A DNA stretch of 62,027 nucleotides, counting the filler. It is 3 parts of 3 records of this genome, joined end to end, with 100 filler letters (N's around TTAATTAATTAA, not from the genome) between each part and the next. Parts side by side here need not be neighbours in the genome. Positions count along the whole stretch, not along the records: positions 28,839 to 55,346 come from DRR378314_2233; 2 more parts are not named here. One strand, 5' to 3'. The translations under genes and the position numbers were made by a program. The notes under the pieces were generated by a model. That model searched no databases and was not told the DNA's origin. It saw only the letters and a program-made list of their open reading frames with translations. This document shows positions 31,141-43,439 of the stretch, in pieces (position 1 is the stretch's first letter; the number at the start of each line of letters is the position of its first letter).

Positions 31141-32100
31141 TTTACCCCACCACGCCAGAGTTCGTTCGAAAGCGCCACCGTCGTCACGGTCGTCATCCAT
31201 CAACCGCTCCGCTCGTCAACGCGAACGGCCAGATCCACCCGCAATCGTTTGCTCTGCCTCGGCAGCTCTTCGTTGGTTGTCGTCGCGAAACCTGCGCACT
31301 ACAGCACGAGCGACGTGGGGCGTGTCAGGTGTATGCGATAGCGTGCAGAGATCGTTTGCCTATTCCCCGGATTCGCCCGCCTGTAAGAGCGCTCGCATGG
31401 CAGCGAAAACTTGCCTGTTTGCTTCTGGTGCTCCAGCTCAACCAGTTGCTCCTGGATGAGTTCTCGTCGTTTCGTCAGTGCCGCCTCGTGCGCCTTTGTC
31501 TTCGGCTGCATATCGACGGTTGCGTTCAGAAGCGATGCAGCAGATGACGCGCGGCATATTCGCGCACGCCGATAAGTCACCGCACTTGCGTGAACCGTTC
31601 CGAGCTGGAACTGTAGGCACCACTATCGCTCGTCACGACACAAGGCGGATCACTGCGAGCAGCTACAAAAGCAAGACGAGACGCACGAATACCGCCAAAA
31701 AAGAAAAAGCAAACAAACAAACGGGGACGCGTTTCACGCAGCGCCCGTACCTGCTCGTGCTCGGCTTCGGCAAGCTGCTCGCGAAGAAGCGCCATGCGCT
31801 GCGAAAGGTATCCTTCCGGATCCGAGCGTGCGAGCTGGTCAAGCGCTTCTTCGTGACCACCAGACTCCCGTGCCGGCATGATGCGGCGTACCCCACTCAT
31901 GACACGGAGCATGCTCTGGTACACTTCAGGATGTTCCTCCGACACATACTCTTGAAAGTCGGGATCATGCGCTCGATAGCCAACATACCCCAGGGTCGTC
32001 AAGGCGGCAGCGAACAGGGGCTTCGTCCAACGCCGAGCCATATCCGGACCTCGTTCCCGCACAAGCGTAGCACAGCCTTGGACGCGAAACCCCTGTTGCA
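31141..32100 (-). CDS. Unidentified spliced eukaryotic gene (membrane anchor plus coiled coil); boundaries uncertain
   Basis: Exon ~32100-31751 (LFAAALTTLGYVGYRAHDPDFQEYV...LREQLAEAEHEQ|GTACGG) and further coding-like blocks near 31550-31410 and 31230-31141. Confidence 0.4.
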
Positions 32101-33128
32101 CTACCTCTCCGGCAAAAATCCTGCAGATGAAAACACATTTATAAAGAAAGCAACATTCTCCGGTGATTTATGCAACCCTTGGTCTCCTTGGCGGCAATGC
32201 GTGCCAGCACCTGGAGCACAGCAGGCGGACCAACGTGGACAGAACCACCGCCAGTGGCGACGAAACTCGAGTGCACAACGCTCAGAAACAGAAGTCCCGA
32301 CAGACTGCGCCTGCTGTGCACAGAAGCAACAGATTCATCGCGCCAACTACCGTTTTTCTTTTCTCCAGGGAGAAAAATTTTCGGGCATGCCTAAGGAGTA
32401 TCGGCGCACCAATGAGGCTCAACTGCGACGAAAAGCGCAAAGCGTCTCGCGCGCGTTCCTGTGCACGCTTGAGCTGCCGCTGGCTGCGCAAAAAGTCTCA
32501 CAACAGCACCTGCAGCCACGGTGGCACTGCGCGTGTAAAGCAAGGAAACCTTGGCGCTTTCCTAAGCCGCCGTGTTCAATTCTCCTCCCCTTACCCACTG
32601 GCCCTAGTTGTCCACCTTGCGTGGACGGCCTCGTCGGAGCACGTCGCGCCAGAACGGATTGACACGAAAGTGCATGCGTCCCACTCTCTTGCATTGTGCT
32701 ACATTACGTATATCATGCCTCTTTTACCCTTGAATATCGCCAAGCTAGTATCCATGGTGCACCCTCTCGTGTGCGCGCTCGCTTCGCGAGAGAGCTCTGA
32801 GAAACAGGTTGCTAGCACATTGTTTCAAAAACCACCAGAACTGTGCTTCTCACGTAGCAAATCAAAAATTCTTAATATCACCAAATTAGAGAGGATTGGC
32901 CTTCTCGTCCGATGTCATGTGCGGGCTCTTCAAGCACCGCGGCACGACCGGAATTCTGCGTGCGGGACGCACGCACGTGGCGACAGTTGTCTTGTCAGCG
33001 ACACCGTCCGAATCTCAGCCTTATTGCCACCTCCACCCTCCCACCCACCTGTTTTGGTTGTTCTTTCATAAACGGAATAGAAACAACAGCGTGGCGACGG
33101 GCGGCAGGGACGTGAAAAGAAAGTGACA

Positions 33129-36100
33129 ATGAGCAGCGTGCCTGGCCCGTCACCTGACGAACAGCAGCGTGTGTACGATCTCGTACTGCAGCTCCAGAGT
33201 ACGGAGCTGCGCGAGCAGGTAACGTTGCACGCGTAGCTGCGCAAGACGCAACTCGGACTGTCTTTACTGGATTGTGCCAGCATATTTCGCTCCCGCTCAT
33301 TCTTGCTATGGTGACATCCCGCCGTGCTGTCAGTGCTGTCAGTGGGTAGGCGGGGTGCGCTGAGGACTATGCTGCGCTCGTTGCAGCCGGTGAACTTCGC
33401 CAGGCGCTACGCCAGCAGAAGGCTGCGCTCGCGCAGGTACTGCACCGTCGGCACAGAGCGGCGCACGCGCAGCACGTGCTTGCCGCGCGCACTTTTGTTG
33501 AGCCGCAATGCCTTGATGCGATCACCGTACCGCCTGAACATTTCGTTCGCCACTTATAGCCATGTATTTGTTTGCATGGGAAAGAGCTTTGTATTCTTGC
33601 GCGTGCGATCCCTGCTGCTGTGAGTCGCAAAGGCAAGCTTCGCAGCGCCTGTCATTCGCGTTTTCTCGTCTCGCTTTCACGCGCGTCGCCACGCTTGGCA
33701 CGGCCGCGGAAGCTCTGCAGTGGTTGCTATCTCCGTGTCGAACACGACCGCCTCTTGCGCGAGCGCGGCACGATTCTTGTGTATCAGAATGGGAAAGAAA
33801 CCACTGTACACGAAATAAGTTTTCGCATGGCAGCATGGATTCTGTGCTGCGCGCGGCACGCCTGCCAAATCTCTTTCCTGAACTTGAGTGCTGTCCTCTT
33901 TCCGGCGCGGCGGATTGCGACGCAGGCTTTGCTGGAGCTCTCGAAGAAACGCGAGACGTACCCAGACTTGGCGCCACTCCTGTGGCACTCCTTTGGAACT
34001 GTGGCAGTCCTTCTCCAGGTATGAATATTTTTGCTTCATAATCGAGGCGTCACGTGCGTTAGGTAATGCGGATTGCGCGAGAAAAGGTCTCCGAGCGGCC
34101 TTTGGCGACGCACGGGTACCCGCATGCTGTCGCTCCCTTGTCGGCGTGGTGGCGCGGGTTGGGCGAGCATCACGCTTTGGTTTTTTGTTGTTGTTTTTTT
34201 TTGTTTGTGTGTGTTACCGCCGCGACAGTGCGGCATCAGGACCTTTTCATTGCAAATATAGCAAACACTGGTTAGACATCGATTGTATACCGTATGCGAT
34301 CGGGGCTGTATTGGGAAAGAATGCGCCCGTGCCTGTTGCGCTAGGGCGGCGTGCGCCTATGCTTCCTTGGCTAGGCTCGCCGAACTGACCTGCTTTCGCT
34401 CGTTCCCACGTTGCCTGTGCAGGAAATTGCCTCGATCTATCCTCTGTTGAGCCCGCCGGCCCTCTCCGCACACGCTTCCAATCGTGTGTGTAACGCGCTG
34501 GCTCTCCTCCAGTGCATTGCGTCGCATCAAGAGACTCGCTCGTATTTCCTAAGCGGTACGCGTATGCTGTCGCTGTTGCGCCCCGAGCGTGTTCCGGAGA
34601 ACGGAGTCGCAGCGCCAGTGTGCGTGTCCTTCCAGACTGCCGCGGCGTCGCCTCTTCCCCCTCGCGACGTTGCGCTGGGCTGCCTCTTTCCCCCTCGCCT
34701 TTTTACCAAACTGACAAGACGCGCGCCTTTCTTTTTGTGTCTGTTTGTTAGCGCAAATACCGATATTCCTCTACCCTGTGCTCAATACTGTGTCGAAATC
34801 GCGCCCCTTCGAGTATCTCCGCTTGACTTCCCTTGGTGTCATAGGCGCGCTAGTCAAGGTATGGACGCCGTCGTTTCGCCCACGGTGGTTTCGCTGGGAC
34901 CCCTACAATTGCCAATATTCCGCCAGCGGAAACCGCTCCTTCCTATCGGTGCTCACAGTAGATAATCAATCCTTGCGGATCTAATTCAGGTGGATGATGG
35001 GGAAGTGATCAACTTTTTGCTCTCGACGGAGATTATTCCCCTATGCCTGCGGATTATGGAAACCAGCAGCGAGCTTTCCAAGGCATGTCGTCCCAGGTGT
35101 CCGCAAGCCCGCAAGCACCCTGCGCCGCACGGGCGCCGATGGAATACGCCCAACCTGTACAACTGCTTATCTGGCGCATCAGGGCGGAGGGAAATCGTAA
35201 ACGGTTTCGCAACGGATAAACGGTAGAGATGGAAGGAGGAATCCAGTGGCTGGAGTGCGGGAATTGTGTCCGGCCCAACCGCCGCCTAGCATGCTGCGCG
35301 CAGCCTCTGCCGCCGTTGCGCGCCTGCGTCTCCACCGTGCGCGTGCATTATTCTCCCGACTGACATTACCGTCCTTGGAATGTCCCAATGTTCTTGCAGA
35401 CGGTTGCGACCTTTATTGTACAAAAAATTCTGCTAGACGACATGGGCCTTCAGGTGCGCCGGGTGAAGATGCAGCTTCTGCACGCGGCCCCGAGGTTGTC
35501 GAGAGCAGATGTCGCGGGCAAGAGGCCAGCGCGCTCGAACTGCTCCTCTCTCGCAACTTCGCACTCGCTTTCCCCTTCGCCCCAGTCCTGGAGCGATCGC
35601 GTTTACTCCGATATCATTCTACTTCGTAGTCGCGTATGATTTCCTAATCAAATCTCAACGTCGGAGGCAAGCGCCCATTGGGTTGTGTCCAGCTTATGCA
35701 CCGCGTTTGCTTGTTTCTGTCCACTCACCTGATACACTGGTATCTGCTGCGCTGTCCGGCGTGCGCCTCCAGTACATATGCGCCACTGCCGATCGCTTTT
35801 ACGCCGTGTCAGCCGTCCTCAACTCCATGGTTACATCGCTCGCTGAAAACCCGAGCGTAAGGTGCGCGACAAAGCCTTGGATCGATGTCTTTGTAGAATC
35901 GTGCAAACAGCGGTAGCCCGCGTGCATAGAGCTGATCAGCGCGCTCAACCTTGGAGCGTGTCGCCGGGCTTGGACATAGACGGGCACCGTACTTTCTTGG
36001 ACACCGTGGAGGCAGCACACTGGGACACACGCAATGCAAGTGCTCCTGCGTGCTCTCCGGGGGAGGGATACACGGGCACGTGGCACGGTGTACACGGAAG

Positions 36101-36761
36101 AAGCGTGCAATGTTTTCCAGCAACAGCGCAAGGGCCAAAATGGCTAGTCCTGGTGGACAGTAAGCTCTTTTGGTACTCCTTGGCCCAGGTTGTCGGATGG
36201 GCGCGTTGAGTCCTCGTCCCCGACTGCTTCGTCACTGTGCATGCTCACGTGTGGATGATCGTATCCCTCGCTGTGTCCTGCTGCTACAGGCTCCTCAAAC
36301 ATATTACCCGCTGCTATTTGCGTCTGTCGGAGAACATGCGGGCGCGCGAAGCTCTTGTCCAATGTCTTCCCGAAGCCCTTCGCAACGGGACATTCGATGG
36401 CGCTCTGAAAGATGATCCAACAACTCGAAGGTCCGTCCTTTATGAAGAACGGAAGCGTTTATCATGCCCGCTCTCCTTGGATCCACCTGCTCGCGTCCTG
36501 TGTGGCCTTGCCAGGCGCACGAATACGGCTGCTATTCGGACGGCAAACTGGCGAGCCTCCCTTCTTGCTGCGGGTGTGCGCGCATGGGGTTGCCTGCCCC
36601 TACTGCGGTATCGCTTTCGTAATACTGGATGCGAATACGGTTTTTTTTTCTTCCGTGACGCGTGGGAAACCCGCGGCTCGCATTTCTTTTTAACCGTACG
36701 GTAATGCAGGTGGCTCATGAAGTTATTGAATAATCTGGAAGAGCGGGCAGCGCGCGGTTGA
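33129..36761 (+). CDS. CNOT9: CCR4-NOT subunit 9 / Rcd1 / Caf40, 9 exons
   Basis: Exons 33129-33218, 33926-34018, 34423-34555, 34752-34858, 34990-35082, 35400-35453, 35773-35861, 36290-36430, 36710-36761 splice in phase; [65 protein letters not shown]. Confidence 0.95.
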
Positions 36762-37869
36762 CGAGCACGAACAGGGGAAGCGGCAGGAGAATCACGCAGC
36801 ACGCGGACTGCCACTCCCCCGCCACGCTGGGCGGGCTCCCTTCCCGCGCAATTCCCCGTGTGTCACCACATGGCGAAGGAACAAAAGATTGTACGAATAC
36901 AATGTGCGCGCCTTTTTTGTGGAAGCGCAGCAGTCAGTATGGCACTCCTGATGAGAGAGGGAACGTGCAGAGCTCGTACTTTTGCATCGCACTCTCCTTC
37001 CTTTTCCATGTATATTTTTTGTTTGCTTGCTTGCTCTAGCACAGCATGTGATGCTTGATCCCACCAAGCACCACCGGGTCCTCCAGCGCGGCACGCCACA
37101 ACAAGCGCCGCCGCTACGACGCACTGCTCCGATTCCCAATTCGTTTGTTTGGGTACACGAGCGATGCCGCAGGTGCACGCACGCCAAACAAAGAAACACA
37201 CACACAAAGGACGCAAGGTACACAACTGCCACGGCCGCCAGGAGGTTCTGCAGCACTACACACCCCGCACACACCAAATCAGCGTGCACGGGCTACGCGT
37301 GCAGCACACCCGGCACAAACATGTGCCGTGTGCCCATGCAGCCTGCTCAGAAATGCATTTCAGCTACCCGTCCAACAGCACCCCACGCCCGCGCACACAT
37401 ATATACAGAGTAGAAATTCGGCACACGTACACAGCCCAAACGCTGGAAGCCCCATTCATACGCAAACCGAAGAGAGGAACTCGAGGGGGGGGGAACTCCT
37501 ATTCTATTCCCACAGATCTCTCCATTGGCGCGGCATCGAGACCTTTCACACTGTTGCTCCGGCCAGGACACCGCGCGTCCCAGCCGCCGAGATCCTTCTG
37601 ATCTACCGCATGCTTGCAAAGACGCCCCTGTCGCGCAAGACAAAGATCACATGATGACCCACATTGTTGCCAATTCACGTGGCACGTGCCAGTAGCGGTA
37701 CGCGTCAACTGAGCGCGCGTACGAATACGCAGGCAAGAAACACGGAGCTCCGCGAACGTGCACAGCAGCACGGTCAGCGACCTCGCAACCGCTGCGCACA
37801 CGAAGGTGAACGAGACATTGCGAGCCTCCAAAGTCAAGGCACCGCTCAGAGCAATCGACGATCGGGTCA

Positions 37870-40800
37870 CTACACGTGTGCTGCCGGGTTCAACAGTGGC
37901 TTCTCCTCGGGAGCCGGCGCGGAAACACCCTTGTGCCGGTACAGCGCGAACTGGACAAGAATGAAAAAGTCAAAACTCATGGTCCCCACACTGCCGATGA
38001 TCCATGCCAAGCGCGGCCTGCAGCGAGATGGCAGCACATCGACCGAGATCAGAGCGAGTCCAGGCGCACAGGGAGCGCGCCCAATGTTATGTGCCAGCTT
38101 TGACACCCGAGCGCCGCATCTGCTCTTTCTCTCGCCCGCGCTCTCGCCCTCTCTCGTCACGCGCCACACACCCCCGCCGACTGCAAACCGACTGATCGTA
38201 CTCTCACCCTCATCGCGTACGCCGCCACACTCGCTCTGGCTCACCGGACAATATTCCTCTCGCAGTGCAGGCAAGAGAACGCCGTCCTCTTCTCCCTTGC
38301 AGCAGCAGCAGCGCACCATATATAGCTCCAGGACAGAGAGCGTAGGAAGATACTCGCGCCATACGTTGCATTTCCCAGCACAGCGCAAGAGAACATGATC
38401 GGCGAAAGCCCGTCGCAAGTACGGCGTTTCCAGTTTCGGTAAATCTGTTTCGTCCATTCCAGTCGCGGAGCACGTCGAAACAGCAATACACGGGAAACGG
38501 AAAGAACATCACGGCAGCAGCCACAGGAAAGCAGCAGGATGAGCATGCGCAAGCAAGCAATGAGAGAAGAGAAGAGAGGATTAAACTCAAGAGCACCATG
38601 GTGTCTAATTCTCCACAATGGTCGCTCGTTCTATTTCCGCACTACACACTAGCTCCTCTGCACGCACACCATGAATAGTGGATAGACGATATGGAAAGAG
38701 CGCGCAAGGCTTTCACGGGGAAAGCAAAGGCTGGATTCGCGCCACACGCGCCACGTTGGTAGCACCACACGATTGTATCGCACAGCGCACTAGGCGGAGA
38801 TACAAGAAGATGACAAATTTTCCAAACAAAGCGAGCGCTCGCAGAGCCTGCAGCGCTGCAGCAAAGAAACGGCAGAATTGGGTGCGAGAAATGCGATCAT
38901 CGGCTCCGCGCGCCACGCATGCATGCTGCGTACCTGCGGCATCCGCGACAACAAGTAGCATACAGCAGATACCCACCCGAGCGCCGATCCAAAGTTGCGT
39001 TCCCACGAGGCAACATCGTCGGCATTTCCGCAGGTGCCGGTATCCTGATGCGACAGCAAGCCAATGATCGGGACACGGGTGCCGACAGCGCAATCAGTTT
39101 AGTGAATAAAATAAAGCGCACCGCGCACTCGCCTAGCGTGCTTTTCAGATATCAAGAACAAAACGAAAGAGCCACTCTCAGTCTCATCAGGAAACATGGA
39201 GACCAACAACGACAGCTGTGCGCACAGACAAACTCAGCACACCAATTGCACCGCGCAGCTCAACAGCATCAGTGACGCAGAAAAGAGGGGCATCGAAGAT
39301 TTTTCGCGCAAGCTGCACTTAGCGGTCACAAACGTGCAGTTCAGAACAGCAAAAAGTTTCGCAATCTGTTACTCAAAACACTTCAACCATTGCCCGGCCT
39401 AACGCCACAGCCACATACATCGCGACCGCGGAAAAACATACGAGTAGCGCCCGTCCGGTCGAATAGTCCGGGGGACCCGAGGGCTCCAGCATTCCACCGA
39501 ACCCGCTCCGCGAACCAATCGCAAGCGAGAGCGTGCAGATGATCGCGATCGCGTGCAGATTCTTAAAAAGATCGCAAAGAGAAAAGACAGCGCAAGAACA
39601 AGCGTGTCAATAGCAGCGGGACGCGACTCACTATTGCATCATACATAAGCAGAGCGCACATATCCGTGATCAAACACGGGTGAACGGCGCCCGCAAGCAA
39701 GGCAAACGACAACCGAAGCGCGCGGCGAAACACTGCGCGCTGTCTGGTCAGCAACACTGCAACGACAATCCGCATAGTTAAGTGACACTGAATGTTGGTG
39801 CAGCTGCTCCTATGGCATCATCTTCGCTGCACAATTCTGGGCGCGCACGTTCCATGGTCGTACCCTGTTCGAAGCCAGATTTCGCAATCCAGAGCCAGAT
39901 TCCCTTGACCACCCCTCGCCGTCGTGCGCTTCGATAATTTTGCGTGAATACTGTCACATTGACGTTGTTCCAAATCCAACACACGGGCACGGACGATCGG
40001 ATTCAGACACGCAAGATGGAATAACCCACAAACAAAATATCCAGAGATCGTGACGGGGTGATACAGGATCCACGTAGAGGGCGTTTGCGACGAAACACAG
40101 AGCAGCGCGCCAAACATTGAGCTCCTAAGAAGCCAGCGCTTCACATTCCGCCCCAACAATAATCTTCCCGTTTTGCAGTTGCCACATTCGCGAGTGGCTG
40201 TGAGTAAAGGGAAGAAATAACAGCCACTGCAAGACCAATAGACAAGCGCTGACATCATGACGCTAAACCATAAAATGCACGGATGCCAGAAGCGAACAGC
40301 GAACCAACACCTACTACATCCGGCTAGGCGAGAGCAGCAGGCGACCGCCAGAAGCGTGGGGTTCAGGGGGATGCAGTGGGGATCAAACCGATCCCGCCCT
40401 GTTTTCCCCCGATCTGAAACGACAATGGCAAGGATGCCGGATCGAGTGCACAAGGGCACACCTGGTGCTCGAAGCGTGCACGGCTGCGCTCGCCAGCATC
40501 CGTTTGCAGCGGTCCGCGCAACTCGAGTGCGCGCACACACACGTACCATGGCTTTCTTCCAGCCCTGACGCTCATTCATCCGTGTCAAATAGAACCACTG
40601 TACACAGACAGGCGTAGCGCAGACGCTTCCATGTCAACAGTCTCTCATCAAGGATCACAACAGACAGCAAGGCGCAGCGCCGGGGCGTGCTTTCGAACGC
40701 AAAGTGCCAGCACTTTACGTAAGCAACGACGCGAAACAACACACATAGGAGCGGAAAGCGCTCCCAGAATAACACATGCACAACTACGCTCAGCGAGAAC

Positions 40801-42278
40801 GGCACGACAACAAGAAATTGGCATCTCCACGCAGTGCACCTCTATCTTGGCGTTGTTACGAAAAACAACAACAAGAATACCCACCGTGGGCATGGTGCGC
40901 AGCACATCCGCGCGCAGAAGGTTCGGGCGGCCCAAGCACAAAAAAGCAGCGCTGCGCCGAGCTGGCGGGCCTTCCGCACGCGCACATACCTGCGAAAGTA
41001 GCACCACATCCATGGTGCAGAAGTAGATCGCCGTATACAGTTGCGTTGGCAGCTGGTGCGTAAAGATGCACCCCACCAGATTCGTTGCGTCGCCTAGGAA
41101 CCACTCGACAAGGAACCACTGCGAGAGCACGCGGACAAAATAAGCATCAGAAAGTGGGAAATCAAAGAGTGTACGCGCGCAGTTAATTCTCGAAGGACCA
41201 CTCATAGAACCATCCGTGCCAGACTTGCTGCCTCATAAAGAGGCCAGCATCTTGCCTTCCACTAGCTACGTAAAACAGGCACGTGAATCCCTGTTCCAAA
41301 GTCTGCGAGGACGCCTGCGCGCGTGTGCAGCGTAGTTTCCGATGCGAAACGCCTCCGCACCTCGGGCTGTTATGGCGCCGCGACCGCGTGCACCGGCAGC
41401 GATAGCACGCGCAGGAAGAAAGAAGTACACCAACATGCTTCCTACTGGGCTCGTTTGAAGCTATTATACTCATCAGAAAATATAGAAACTGACTTTGCAC
41501 TGGCAGAGAAGAAGTGCAGGGGATGAAATTCGCCGGAGCGCCACTACAACAGGCGAGGAACAACGCGTGCCGCCAGTGCGCACGACGCGGCGCCACGCCG
41601 CAGCGCATGCGCGCAGAGACGCAACTGAGGTGCGCTTACCTTGCTCAGTGACTCCGCAGTTCGGTTCTTGTGATTCTTGTAAATTTGTCTACCGGTGCAC
41701 GAACCAAAATTAAAACCAAGAGAAAAAAGATAAGCATGCTGATCTTCAAAGGGTGTCGCGCGCGGAGAGAAGCCGAAAGCCTGCCGCACGGAGGCGCCAA
41801 TCAACGCAGCAAACGTGAAGCGCGGGCACCCGGCGGCGCCGACGCGGCGGGGACGGGCGTGACGGGCAACTGCGCGCACGCAAAACGTACGGGAACTGCG
41901 CGCACATCCACGCCAATATCGACATCCATCCAAGAAAGAAGCTTATATAGTCACTGTTTGAATACAAACAATCCAGAAAATACTGCAGGGACGGTGCGGG
42001 AGAATGGCAGGAGCACCGTGAGTCGCCAAACTGCGTCAGAGGAAACGCGCGGCCACGTCGAGCCGAGGGTACGGTGGAGAAAGGGGTCCCTCGCATACCG
42101 GAGCGCCACGCAACTCTCGCAACCACCATGCACAACACCACACCCGATGTAGTGACAGTTACACGCGGCTAACCCAAAGCACGAGAAGTAGAGAGCGACC
42201 AGAAATGCGTAACAGAAACGCAACCAACCAAAATATACATACGCCGAATGCAAAGCTTAGAGTAAGAGGACTCAACCA
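37870..42278 (-). CDS. PQ-loop repeat lysosomal/vacuolar amino acid transporter (PQLC2/Ypq-like), spliced; 5' end uncertain
   Basis: Exons 41982-41891, 41688-41640, 41118-40990, 39044-38934, 38444-38317, 38017-37870 give AQFPQIYKN...WFLGDATNLVG..QLPTQ and SRMPQIYRNW..GLS; C-terminal EEKPLL dileucine signal; middle exons may be missing. Confidence 0.88.
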
Positions 42279-43439
42279 TGCACCGTGCTCCTGCCTGCGG
42301 AATGCAGAGTTCGAGGACGCCACGCTCCTTGCAGCAGAAGCGGCGCGAAAGCGGAAGAACCTGCTCGCGGTCCGCAGCCACACCGAATGCAAGGTCCCGC
42401 CGGTTGCCCGCGCCTGTACGATCGCAAAAAACCCCCACGCACTCTCCTTCCTCACATCAAGGAACCCATCAATTACCAGAGGATACCGTGATTGCTATAT
42501 ATTCCATTTCTGACGATTTCAAACGACCCCACTTCGTTTGTACGTCCAGACACGCGCCCCAGCGGGCCGCCGCAAGCCAACCAGCAGAGTACCGCCGGCG
42601 GGCTCTCCAGTGCCGCCGCGCGCACACGGCGTTGCGCGAAAGTACATGAGCCGCGCACGCGCACCTTGGCTGCCCACGAAGAATAGTGGTGCCCATGCTG
42701 CTCCACAGGGTCGCACACACACATGACCAAAAAATATGCTCGTGCTGAGCTGCAGGGAGCGCTGCAGCGCTTGTCTACGACGTCTCCCGTACAGAGAGTC
42801 GTGCGAAAAGGTGCTCGCTTCACGGGAGGACTCGTTTGTGAGCACGGCGCCAGGATGCGCCTCCACAGGACCGCGAGGAAGCTCTGCCGCGCGCAACTTT
42901 AGCGAGTACGAAAGCAGCTGTCGCAGTTCGCGTCCCAATCCGAAAAGTGGTTAATTCCGGAATCGATTCACAACACAATCAATCACAAAGTACTGGTCAA
43001 TTCCATTTCCATTTTAAGTGTACCGTTGTGTTGTTCAATATGTCTACCGTATTTTTTACACTCGCCCGCAGCAAGAAACAGCCCAAGCGATGGGTCTCGG
43101 GTTTTGACTAGCGCGCGCTTGCAAGGTTTGCTTCCGACGTTGTCCACGGGAGCGAAACGACTGTTCGCCAGTGCTTGCTTGCGGCAGTGCCCTGCCACAC
43201 CGCGCCTGGCGCACACCCGCATTCGAGAAGCGCACCGCGTCGCGCAGTGTATCCTTCCTGGTTGGCATAGTACTTCGTAAGCACTACGAAAGCGTAGTGG
43301 CTCCTGCGGAAGGGTCTGCTGTGGGCAGAGTGGGAGTTTCCTTGTTTGTGCGGGCAGTCCGCCTGTTCGCACAGCGCCAGGCGCGAGCAATCCTCTGAAC
43401 CGCCCTGGCGCCCAACTGCGCCACCCGCGACGCAGCGAA

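Noticed and set aside
37651..37713. Box C/D snoRNA (ATGATGA...CTGA)
   Set aside because: No terminal stem and no rRNA-complementary guide that I can recognise
39780..40200. Possible transposon fragment or nested gene within the PQ-loop gene
   Set aside because: No recognisable motif in the frames I translated, and no terminal repeats found
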